Origin: Microcoleaceae cyanobacterium | Lineage (GTDB): Bacteria > Cyanobacteriota > Cyanobacteriia > Cyanobacteriales > Microcoleaceae | Direction: 5' to 3' | Length of the DNA stretch: 17,348 bases | NCBI GenBank assembly: GCA_051652765.1 | Contig: JBOFUV010000067.1 | Location: forward strand, 1-17,348 | Part shown: positions 9,016-16,795 of the stretch, piece by piece | Numbering within the stretch: position 1 is the first letter of the stretch | Layout: the number at the start of each line of letters is the position of its first letter | Made by a program: the position numbers and the translations under genes | Notes under the pieces: model-generated | Database searches by the model: none | What the model saw: only the letters and a program-made list of their open reading frames with translations | Told to the model about the DNA's origin: nothing

Positions 9016-9807
9016 ATGAACCAAGATAATCTTCCATCTTACTCACCCCCTAAATTACAAGAACCTCAACAAACTCCAGAAGGATTTTTGTTTGTGGCGG
9101 AGAATGACTGCCATTTAAGATCAATATTTACTCTTATTTCCATAGCGGTGTTTGCAGTTCTCTTTATGATGGGATCTGGATTGTGGTTCGTGGTTGGAGC
9201 TTTACGAGATTTCAACATGGGTCAACCAGCTCCCCTGCCAGTAGTTTTAATTCTCAAGATGTTTGGTCTACTTTGGGTTTTAGGAACGGGATGCCTATTA
9301 GTAGTATTAGTAAAGGGTTGCCAGGAATCAATAATTTTTGAGAAAAATTCTAAAAAATTTCAAGGTTCTGGACAGTTATTGCTCTCTCAATATCCTTTAA
9401 AGCTTAGAGATACCTGTCAAATTCAGTTTCGTAGATCATTGGCAGTCGGAAATGGTTTACAGCAAACTGGGCAATTAAAAGTTCGTTTATTGTGCTCTGA
9501 GGTTGTCACTTATCGAGTTGGAACGGATAACACAACTGTCCGAAAAATTGTTCTGGAGCAACCACTAGGAGGTCGATTCCTGCCCTTAGGAATGCAAACG
9601 ATTGAACATGCCGCAACTTTTACAATTCCTCGCAACGTTGCTCCTTCCTTTCAGGCAGAAAACAATCGAATCCTGTGGGAAATTGAGGCAAAGATAGATC
9701 TTAACAGTTCAGCTTTGCAGAAAAAAAATATGAAAGAAGATCCATGGGTTCAAGATGGAACCTTATCCACTTTTGCATTTGCAGTTGATCCAGAAGTTGC
9801 AAGTTAG
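9016..9807 (+). CDS. Hypothetical protein: two TM helices plus an arrestin/Ig-like C-terminal domain
   Basis: Two hydrophobic stretches (about aa 37-63 and 75-99); beta-rich C-terminus with FTIPRNVAPSFQAENNRILWEIEAKI. Confidence 0.7.
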   Translation: MNQDNLPSYSPPKLQEPQQTPEGFLFVAENDCHLRSIFTLISIAVFAVLFMMGSGLWFVVGALRDFNMGQPAPLPVVLILKMFGLLWVLGTGCLLVVLVKGCQESIIFEKNSKKFQGSGQLLLSQYPLKLRDTCQIQFRRSLAVGNGLQQTGQLKVRLLCSEVVTYRVGTDNTTVRKIVLEQPLGGRFLPLGMQTIEHAATFTIPRNVAPSFQAENNRILWEIEAKIDLNSSALQKKNMKEDPWVQDGTLSTFAFAVDPEVAS

Positions 9808-9879
9808 TCAATTAAAGTATTGAGTAGTTTCTGTCTGTAACTTGTCCATAACCCATCTATAACCTGGAAATAAAAACTA

Positions 9880-10239
9880 ATGATTATTGTAGAATTACCA
9901 GACGATATCCTTGAGCTTGGTCAAGACCTTTCTGGAAACTTTCGGTGGACAGGCAACAAACCGCCAAAAGCCATTAGTCTCAAAGTGAGTTGGCGCACAG
10001 AAGGCCGAGGAACCGTAGATACTGAGGCGGTTTATACTAATTCTTTTGTTGGCGAAACTTTTTCCTTCTTCTCCTGCAAGCTTCCTGCCCTAGGGCCTAT
10101 TTCTTATGACGGTCAGATTCTGCGGATCATTTGGGAAGTAACGGCAGAGGCAGAATTTTCAGGGTTCCTCGGCAAAAAAGTGAAGAAAAGAGAAGAAAGA
10201 GAGGTGAAGGTCTTTCGAGTCATTCCCCGAGGTGCGTAA
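9880..10239 (+). CDS. Small hypothetical protein, arrestin/SpoOM-like beta-sandwich
   Basis: 119 aa; alternating beta pattern; WRTEGRG and LPALGPISYDGQILRIIWEV resemble the upstream gene's C-terminal motif. Confidence 0.7.
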   Translation: MIIVELPDDILELGQDLSGNFRWTGNKPPKAISLKVSWRTEGRGTVDTEAVYTNSFVGETFSFFSCKLPALGPISYDGQILRIIWEVTAEAEFSGFLGKKVKKREEREVKVFRVIPRGA

Positions 10240-10898
10240 TGTCTAAATCATGGACTGATCCTTACGAAGAGTTAGGACTGCGCTGTAACCCGTTCATCGC
10301 TGAACAAACTGCGGGTGTTTCTAAAGGCTTATGGCTAGATCGGGGCTTTTCTCAAGCGCCTCAACCGGGAAGACGCATGTTAGTTCAATTCATGGGAGAA
10401 AAGGGAGCCGGAAAAACCTCTCACCTGCTCCATTGGCAGCAACAAACTGGAGGCTCCTACGCTTACTATCCGCCGGGATGGGGACGCTGGCAGATCCCTC
10501 CGATAGAACCCATTGCCTACTGGGATGAAGCAGATCGCATTCCTCTGCCTTTACTCTTTGGGGCGCTGGCTCAAGCCTCCCGTCAGAGGGCTACGATTGT
10601 GGTCGGAACTCACAGAGATCTGAGTTGGGCAGGGCGTTCTGTGGGGCTGAAAGTTCGGACGATTCAGTTCTCTAGTCTAACTCCAGAGGCGATCCTCGCT
10701 TGGGCAAAACAACGGATTGAGGCGGCGCGGTTACCAGGATGCCAATCGGTTGATTTACAGTTGCATCAAGCAGAGATTGAACAAATTGCTACGAAATCTG
10801 GCACGTCTTGGCGGAAAGTTGCAACTGAGTTGCACATTTTAGCGGCTCAAGTTGCCCATTCAAAATTAGGAGAGAACCCTCCTAACCTGAAGAAATGA
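10239..10898 (+). CDS. P-loop (AAA-like) ATPase, 219 aa
   Basis: True start is probably ATG 10239, overlapping the upstream TAA (TAATG); Walker A GEKGAGKT, Walker B-like AYWDEAD, N-terminal YEELGLRCNPF. Confidence 0.75.
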   Translation: MSKSWTDPYEELGLRCNPFIAEQTAGVSKGLWLDRGFSQAPQPGRRMLVQFMGEKGAGKTSHLLHWQQQTGGSYAYYPPGWGRWQIPPIEPIAYWDEADRIPLPLLFGALAQASRQRATIVVGTHRDLSWAGRSVGLKVRTIQFSSLTPEAILAWAKQRIEAARLPGCQSVDLQLHQAEIEQIATKSGTSWRKVATELHILAAQVAHSKLGENPPNLKK

Positions 10899-11027
10899 TA
10901 AGCGTCGAATCCGTTTTAGAACGATTGGTCTATCATATAATTCTTTGAGCAGCGTGATTTCCTAGAAGATGTTTCTTCAAGAACACGCCAATTATCTGAA
11001 GGCTGATTTCCTTCTGCAAAATTTGCC

Positions 11028-12299
11028 ATGCTAAATCTGAATCTGGATGACACCCAGTTAACAAAAGACGAATATGAGCGCTACTCGCGCCATCTCATCC
11101 TGCCGGAGGTTGGGCTGGAGGGACAAAAGCGCCTGAAAGCAGCGAAAGTGTTGTGCATTGGGACAGGTGGCCTGGGTTCTCCTCTATTGCTTTATCTGGC
11201 CGCTGCCGGGGTCGGACGCATTGGAATCGTAGACTTCGACGTTGTAGACAGTTCCAACTTGCAACGTCAGGTGATTCATGGCACTTCTTGGGTGAACAAA
11301 CCCAAGATTGAGTCTGCCAAAAGTCGCATCCATGAGATCAACCCCGCTTGCCAAGTCGATCTGTATAATACCCGACTGAGTTCTGAAAATGCACTGGCAA
11401 TTCTTGAACCCTATGACATTGTTGTAGATGGGACAGACAACTTCCCAACCCGATATTTGGTCAACGATGCTTGCGTATTGCTGAATAAGCCCAACGTTTA
11501 CGGGTCTATTTTCCGGTTCGAGGGACAAGCAACCGTGTTCAACTACAAAGGTGGTTGGCAGCGACCAGAGGGTTGGAGCCGTTTAACTCCAGAGGCCCAA
11601 AAGAATTTACGGGACAAGAAGCAGGATTGGGTCTATGACGAACAGGCGATCGCCCCCAACTATCGAGATCTCTATCCCGATCCGCCGCCTCCTGGAATGG
11701 TTCCCTCCTGCGCCGAAGGGGGTGTATTGGGAATTCTCCCTGGATTAATTGGGGTGATTCAGGCCACTGAAACCGTTAAAATTATCCTAGGGAAGGGCCG
11801 TAGTTTGAGTGGTCGATTGTTGCTGTACAACTCTCTGGATATGACCTTCCGGGAGCTGAAGTTGCAGCCCAATCCGGAACGACCTGTGATTGAAAAGTTA
11901 ATTGACTACGAGCAGTTCTGTGGCATTCCCCAAGCTAGGGCAGAGGAGGAGAAAAAACAGATGGAAATAGCTGAAATGACGGTACAGGAGTTGAAGGCAC
12001 TCCTCGATAGCGGGGCAGATGATTTTGTCCTGATTGATGTTCGCAATCCCAATGAATCCGAAATTGCCCAAATTCCAGGGGCTGTGTTGGTTCCTCTCCC
12101 AGAGATTGAACAGGGGGAAGGGGTGCAAAAAGTGAAGGCAATGCTGAATGGCCACCGTTTGATTGCCCATTGTAAGATGGGTGGGCGCTCAGCAAAAGCC
12201 CTGGGAATTCTCAAGGACGCTGGAATTGAGGGGATTAACGTCAAAGGTGGAATCACGGCTTGGAGTCAGGAGGTCGATCCGTCAGTTCCCCAGTATTAG
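11028..12299 (+). CDS. moeB: Molybdopterin-synthase adenylyltransferase MoeB with C-terminal rhodanese domain (MoeZ/MoeBR type)
   Basis: RYSRHL, GTGGLGSP, SNLQRQ, DGTDNFPTRY, SCAEGGVLG; rhodanese active-site HCKMGGRS. Confidence 0.95.
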   Translation: MLNLNLDDTQLTKDEYERYSRHLILPEVGLEGQKRLKAAKVLCIGTGGLGSPLLLYLAAAGVGRIGIVDFDVVDSSNLQRQVIHGTSWVNKPKIESAKSRIHEINPACQVDLYNTRLSSENALAILEPYDIVVDGTDNFPTRYLVNDACVLLNKPNVYGSIFRFEGQATVFNYKGGWQRPEGWSRLTPEAQKNLRDKKQDWVYDEQAIAPNYRDLYPDPPPPGMVPSCAEGGVLGILPGLIGVIQATETVKIILGKGRSLSGRLLLYNSLDMTFRELKLQPNPERPVIEKLIDYEQFCGIPQARAEEEKKQMEIAEMTVQELKALLDSGADDFVLIDVRNPNESEIAQIPGAVLVPLPEIEQGEGVQKVKAMLNGHRLIAHCKMGGRSAKALGILKDAGIEGINVKGGITAWSQEVDPSVPQY

Positions 12300-12463
12300 A
12301 ACAGTATTAATTTAGGACAGTATTAATCCGGTAATCCTCATTGCTCTTCCAAAATCTCCCTGGTCAAGGGGGATTTTGAATTGACTATTTTGAATTGACT
12401 TCTCCCTTGCTTTTGGGAAAACTTGTTTTTGGGAAGAATTGACATGGATTTTTGACAAGATTT

Positions 12464-12491
12464 TTTACAAATCAATCGGATCTGGTATAAG
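12464..12491 (+). promoter_or_regulatory. Candidate sigma70-type promoter for argH
   Basis: TTTACA-N16-TATAAG with an extended -10 TG, ~35 bp upstream of the argH ATG. Confidence 0.4.
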
Positions 12492-12525
12492 TGACAAATA
12501 ACACGTGACAAACAGTAGCTAGGGA

Positions 12526-13920
12526 ATGACACCAAAAACCTGGAGTGAACGGTTTGAAATAGCTCTGCATCCAGCGATCGCAGCGTTCAACGCTAGTATT
12601 GGCTTTGACATTGAACTGATTGAATATGACCTCACAGGCTCAATTGCTCATGCCAAAATGTTAGCTAAAGCAGACATTATTTCCCCTGAGGAGGGAGAGC
12701 AACTGGTCTTCGGCCTAGAACAAATTCGCCAAGAGTATCGTCAGGGCACGTTTCAACCCGGAATTGAGGCTGAGGATGTTCATTTTGCAGTAGAACGGCG
12801 GTTAATTGAAATCATCGGCGCTGTTGGCAAGAAACTACACACTGGGCGATCGCGCAATGATCAAGTCGGCACGGATACTCGGCTGTACCTGAGAGATCAG
12901 ATTCAGCAGATCCAAACTCAGCTACTCGACTTTCAACGGGCGCTGTTAGTCTTGGCTGAGGCCCACATTGAAACCTTAATTCCTGGCTATACCCATCTCC
13001 AACGGGCTCAACCCCTAAGCTTGGCCCATCATCTATTGGCCTATGGGGAAATGGTACAGCGAGATTGGGAACGACTGGCCGATGTCTACAAACGGGTTGA
13101 TATTTCGCCCTTAGGGTGTGGAGCCCTTGCTGGTACTACCTTTCCGATTGATCGCCACTACAGCGCTGAACTGTTGGGGTTTGATCGTATTTATGCCAAC
13201 AGCCTGGATGGAGTCAGTGACCGGGATTGGGCGATTGAATTTCTCTGTGCCGCGAGCTTGATCATGGTACATTTGAGCCGTTTGGCCGAAGAAGTGATTT
13301 TATGGGCCTCTCAAGAGTTTGGATTTATCACCCTGAACGATAGTTGTTCAACGGGGTCAAGTATCATGCCCCAAAAGAAAAACCCCGATGTTCCTGAACT
13401 GGTGAGAGGCAAAACCGGGCGGGTATTTGGTCATCTGCAAGCCCTGTTGGTGATGATGAAAGCGTTGCCCTTAGCCTACAACAAAGATTTACAGGAAGAC
13501 AAAGAAGCATTGTTTGACAGTGTAAAAACGGTGAAAGGTTGCCTAGAGGCAATGACAATTTTACTCCAGGAGGGTTTGGAATTTCGTCCCCAAAGATTGG
13601 CCGAGGCAGTGAATGAGGACTTTTCCAATGCCACAGATGTGGCTGATTATCTGGCCACCAAAGGAGTGCCATTCCGAGAAGCTTATAACTTGGTGGGAAA
13701 GGTGGTCAAAACCTGCTTAGAACAGAGAAAACTTTTAAAAGATCTGACGCTGGAAGAATGGCAAGCGCTCCATCCCGCTTTTGCTCAAGACATCTATGCT
13801 GCCATCACGCCACAACAGGTTGTGGCAGCAAGAAACAGTTATGGGGGTACAGGATTTGAACAGGTCAGATCGGCTCTGAAAACTGCTCAAGATCGCCTAA
13901 AACAGTTATCACAGCCTTAA
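12526..13920 (+). CDS. argH: Argininosuccinate lyase
   Basis: [22 protein letters not shown], fumarate-lyase signature [22 protein letters not shown]. Confidence 0.98.
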   Translation: MTPKTWSERFEIALHPAIAAFNASIGFDIELIEYDLTGSIAHAKMLAKADIISPEEGEQLVFGLEQIRQEYRQGTFQPGIEAEDVHFAVERRLIEIIGAVGKKLHTGRSRNDQVGTDTRLYLRDQIQQIQTQLLDFQRALLVLAEAHIETLIPGYTHLQRAQPLSLAHHLLAYGEMVQRDWERLADVYKRVDISPLGCGALAGTTFPIDRHYSAELLGFDRIYANSLDGVSDRDWAIEFLCAASLIMVHLSRLAEEVILWASQEFGFITLNDSCSTGSSIMPQKKNPDVPELVRGKTGRVFGHLQALLVMMKALPLAYNKDLQEDKEALFDSVKTVKGCLEAMTILLQEGLEFRPQRLAEAVNEDFSNATDVADYLATKGVPFREAYNLVGKVVKTCLEQRKLLKDLTLEEWQALHPAFAQDIYAAITPQQVVAARNSYGGTGFEQVRSALKTAQDRLKQLSQP

Positions 13921-13948
13921 CCCAATTCACACTTCAAATCGACGCACC

Positions 13949-14380
13949 CTAACAACAGTAGGTCAAAAGATTTGCTGGATATAACGTTAGTTCTCCAGAC
14001 TGAAACCGAGACAACGGCATCCAGAGAGCGGTTTTTTGGCGATCGCCCTCTTGGAACGTCACTTGTTCGGATTTATACAAGGTTTGATCTTCAAAGTCAC
14101 AGCGATAAAGTTGAATAATTTCGTGACCGGGTTTTCCATCGTATACAAACACACTTTCTAGACAGCCGAGATACTGAATCTGAGTTAAGCCCGCGTCTAA
14201 CTCCTCCAAAAACTCCCGTTTCAGCGCCTCCTGGCTCAGTTCCCCAAACTCAACTCCACCTCCTAGAGGCCGATAAAATGTCTCTTGCTGAGTTGGATCG
14301 TAACCTTCGGATAAAAACAAGTGATTCTCCCGCTGAATTAAGCCCAACGCCAGTACCCGAATTTTTTTTGATTTAGGCAT
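13949..14380 (-). CDS. NUDIX hydrolase
   Basis: Nudix box GGGVEFGELSQEALKREFLEEL; the start at ATG 14380 (MPKSKK) avoids overlap with CRR6. Confidence 0.9.
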   Translation of the reverse strand: MPKSKKIRVLALGLIQRENHLFLSEGYDPTQQETFYRPLGGGVEFGELSQEALKREFLEELDAGLTQIQYLGCLESVFVYDGKPGHEIIQLYRCDFEDQTLYKSEQVTFQEGDRQKTALWMPLSRFQSGELTLYPANLLTYCC

Positions 14381-14390
14381 ACTGTTAAAG

Positions 14391-14870
14391 CTAAGGTTGG
14401 GCAATCAGCGCAAAAAATTCATCTTCCAGATCATATCCTAGCATTTGAGCCATTGACTTCAGCCGTGATTGACTTGGGAGTTGCTGGGACTTCATCCAGG
14501 TTGTCAGGGCAAATATCTTATGCATTAAAAAAATTTCCAAGGCTTCCGGGTTGTATTGAATGCCTTCGGTGCGATGAAACTGATGAGGAACTAACATCGC
14601 TGCATAGCGAACCAGTTCACCTGATTTCCAGTCTAGCAAAAAGGGCAACCAGGGATAACAGGTATCTAAACGCACAAACCACAGCCGAATCTCTGGAATC
14701 TCCGAGAGTTCACGAGGATCTTGAGGATCGCGGGGGTAGTCGATTTCAAGCTGGATTTGTTGTTCGTAAGTTGCAATCTCTCCATTCTCCAACCATTGCT
14801 CAATCAGCCCCTGTACTGGAGAGAGATCAAGGGTGTTGAGGGTTGTAACATCAAGTTTGACCGTTGGCAT
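14391..14870 (-). CDS. crr6: CRR6 family (DUF1817) NDH-1 assembly/NdhI maturation factor
   Basis: DPRELSEIPEIRLWFVRLD..YPWLPFLLDW..GEL.RYAAMLVPHQF...EGIQYNPEALEIF. Confidence 0.9.
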   Translation of the reverse strand: MPTVKLDVTTLNTLDLSPVQGLIEQWLENGEIATYEQQIQLEIDYPRDPQDPRELSEIPEIRLWFVRLDTCYPWLPFLLDWKSGELVRYAAMLVPHQFHRTEGIQYNPEALEIFLMHKIFALTTWMKSQQLPSQSRLKSMAQMLGYDLEDEFFALIAQP

Positions 14871-15051
14871 AAAGGCTGAATCGTGCTGAATCTGTAACTC
14901 ACCTCCGCTATTATACGCTCTGGCTATCAGTCCCTATAGAATCCATTTGGTATCTATCTAAGCCATAGCAAGTCTTTTGAGCATCAACCGGACAAAGCAA
15001 AGATTAACTTTATCATTTCTGACGGTTGAGTTTACAGATGAAACAGTGATT

Positions 15052-15589
15052 GATCAATGCGGGTTTGATATTGAGATCAACGCGGGTTTAGAGAAAGATC
15101 AAGGCGGGTTTGGTACTGAGATCAACGCGGGTTTAGTAAAAGATTAAGGCGGGTTTGGTGTGAGATCAAGGCGGGTTTGGTGTGAGATCAACGCGGGTTT
15201 GGTATGAGATCAACGCGGGTTTGGTATTGAGATCAACGCGGGTTTGTTATGAGATCAACGCGGGTTTGGTATGAGATCAACGCGGGTTTGGTATGAGATC
15301 AACGCGGGTTTAATGTGAGATCAACGCGGGTTTGGTACTGAGATCAACGCGGGTTTGATGTGAGATCAACGCGGGTTTAGTATGAGATCAAGGCGGGTTT
15401 GGTGTGAGATCAACGCGGGTTTAATGTGAGATCAACCCAGGTGCGAAGCACGATCAACTTGATCTGAGTGTGAGATCAACGGGCAAGTACTCTGCGATCA
15501 ACTTGATCTGAGTGTGAGATCAACGGGCAAGTGCTCTGCGATCAAGTTGATCTGGGTGTGAGATCAATGGGGGTTTGATGAACGATCAA
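15052..15589. repeat. Non-coding tandem array, 22-23 bp period, 24 units plus a terminal GATCAA
   Basis: Units 1-17 (15052-15429) have consensus GATCAACGCGGGTTT plus a 7-8 nt variable tail ending mostly in TGA. Units 18-24 keep GATCAA at an exact 22-bp spacing but diverge and include a 44-bp dimer repeat. Confidence 0.97.
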
Positions 15590-15634
15590 TCTGAACTTAA
15601 GCGTAACCCACCACGGATTTATTCAATAATCAGG

Positions 15635-15718
15635 CTAGAAATAACTTCTTCCATCATAGTGCTTGAGTTGAATCACATCGCGTACCTGATCCAGCAGCTT
15701 TTTGAGACGTTGTTCCAT
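15635..15718 (-). pseudogene. intI: Truncated integron integrase (IntI N-terminal SAM-like domain remnant)
   Basis: Hand translation: MEQRLKKLLDQVRDVIQLKHY-DGRSYF*. The first 21 aa match the IntI N-terminal pattern KLLDQVR..IR.KHYS, then similarity stops. Divergent from the attC-bearing cassettes. Confidence 0.8.
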
Positions 15719-15731
15719 TGTGGGATAGACG

Positions 15732-15870
15732 GAAAGTTTCAGAATAATCCCGAAATAGGCTGGCATATCCAGAAAGTTTTAGTATAATCGTATTATCAGG
15801 GTAGATTATATGGAAAGTTTCAGGGTAATCCTCCCAGAATTGGTGACTATAAAGAAAGTTTCAACATAAT
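15732..15870 (+). repeat. Four direct repeats GAAAGTTTYARNRTAAT at 40/41/41-bp spacing in the intI-attI region
   Basis: 15732 GAAAGTTTCAGAATAAT; 15772 GAAAGTTTTAGTATAAT; 15813 GAAAGTTTCAGGGTAAT; 15854 GAAAGTTTCAACATAAT. Confidence 0.85.
15760..15788 (+). promoter_or_regulatory. Candidate cassette promoter Pc
   Basis: CTGGCA-N17-TATAAT pointing toward attI and the cassettes. Confidence 0.45.
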
Positions 15871-15882
15871 AACTAGTTATCT
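15864..15882 (+). mobile_element. Putative attI recombination site (crossover G|TT at 15876/15877)
   Basis: ACATAAT-AACTA-GTTATCT: degenerate L box, 5-bp spacer, R box. GTTATCT is the exact reverse complement of the R'' (AGATAAC) of the first attC. It lies ~160 bp upstream of the intI start. Confidence 0.72.
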
Positions 15883-16085
15883 TGCTAGCGTACCACAGTT
15901 TCCCTGTGGGGTGGAATCGAAAGGTTGCTGACTCTGTTGAGAGAGGGTTTGCATCATCTGCGCTGGCGTTCTGCTGAGTGAGAGAACGTCGGCAATACCC
16001 AAACAAGATAACAAATCACTGCACCCGACCGACCGCAAGTTATTGGATTAATTCTGAAGCTGTTAGCAGCGGGTGAGTTCAACCG
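15877..16085 (+). mobile_element. Integron cassette 1, 209 bp, apparently gene-less
   Basis: Bounded by the attI G|TT and the attC1 G|TT; only ~130 bp precede attC and no convincing ORF is present. Confidence 0.65.
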
Positions 16086-16091
16086 TTAGGC
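16006..16091 (+). mobile_element. attC site 1 (86 bp)
   Basis: R'' AGATAAC, 5-nt spacer AAATC, L'' ACT(G)CACC-CG(A)C ... GCGGGTGAGT L', 6-nt spacer TCAACC, R' GTTAGGC; two unpaired bases in canonical positions. Confidence 0.9.
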
Positions 16092-16107
16092 AAAAATAGG
16101 GGAATTT

Positions 16108-16662
16108 ATGCTTCCACAAACCATCGAAGAACTGAACGCGTTGCGGGATGAGTGCAAATCAATGATCACAAAGCGCGCAAGTCTATCTGCCGGGGCTGCG
16201 ATAATTCCTATTCCAGGAGTTGACATCAGTGCAGACGTTACTTTGCTCCTCGAAATGATTCCTACCATCAATCGAAAATTCGGCCTTACACCTGAACAGA
16301 TTAACGATCTCGACCCTCAGATCAAAAAAATCATTCTCGTCGCCATCACAAACATCGGCAGCGGATTGATCGGCAGAACGGTGACAAAGCAATTAATCAT
16401 GCAGGTGCTGAAGCGTGTAGGAATTCGAGTGACTACAAAATCTGTTGCCAAATTCATTCCGATTCTTGGCCAAGCCTTAGCTGCATCAATCAGCTTTGGT
16501 GCCATGAAAATGGTTGGCGACTCTCATGTTGATGACTGTTACGAAGTGGCCAAAAAAGTGATTACTGCGAGAATTATTAATCAACTAGAAGCGATTAAAC
16601 CGGGCACCACAGCCTACACCGAAGCTCAACAGTTATTGCAGTTTGCCCGTAAGCGATTGTAG
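16108..16662 (+). CDS. DUF697-like protein carried in integron cassette 2 (16086..16874)
   Basis: ATG ~22 nt after the attC1 crossover with an AGGGG RBS; AGAAIIPIPGVD...INRKFGL...KFIPILGQ motifs typical of DUF697/YcjF-like small proteins. Confidence 0.75.
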   Translation: MLPQTIEELNALRDECKSMITKRASLSAGAAIIPIPGVDISADVTLLLEMIPTINRKFGLTPEQINDLDPQIKKIILVAITNIGSGLIGRTVTKQLIMQVLKRVGIRVTTKSVAKFIPILGQALAASISFGAMKMVGDSHVDDCYEVAKKVITARIINQLEAIKPGTTAYTEAQQLLQFARKRL

Positions 16663-16795
16663 GAAGGGTGGGGATAGAGAAATAGAGAATGTTGGCGGAG
16701 TTTAAATTGAAAGGGCTATGCTACGTTGAAAGTCGGTTTGTCGGGTTCGCGCTGGCAGTCCTGCTGAGTAAGAGAACGTCGGCAATCCCCAAACA

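Noticed and set aside
10131..10238. N-terminal extension of the ATPase ORF
   Set aside because: Overlaps the upstream gene by over 100 bp; ATG 10239 in a TAATG coupling is the more plausible start.
11556..11654. Intein or intron in moeB
   Set aside because: Too short, no Cys/Ser start or His-Asn end, and the frame stays open.
814..14839. Numerous short alternative-frame or antisense ORFs (e.g. 814..1224, 2907..3401, 8454..8789, 11906..12256, 14453..14839)
   Set aside because: They lie within well-supported genes and have no recognisable motifs; treated as shadow ORFs.
15052..15589. CRISPR array interpretation of the 22-bp repeat
   Set aside because: Variable parts are only 7-8 nt and related to one another, the constant part is 15 nt, and no cas genes are in the window.
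15052..15589. Repeat-protein coding region
   Set aside because: The 22/23-bp period shifts frame each unit, TGA/TAA stops recur, and the ORF track shows no ORF spanning it.
15586..15615. Minus-strand RGGLRLSSD* resembling the IntI C-terminus (NRGGLxVxSPLD)
   Set aside because: Only 4 residues match, an in-frame stop lies just upstream, and the TTMIYTH motif is absent; could be chance.
15575..16006. ORF-track calls 15575..15787 (+) and 15806..16006 (-)
   Set aside because: Non-ATG starts and no recognisable motifs; they run antisense to the intI remnant or across attI and the cassette boundary.
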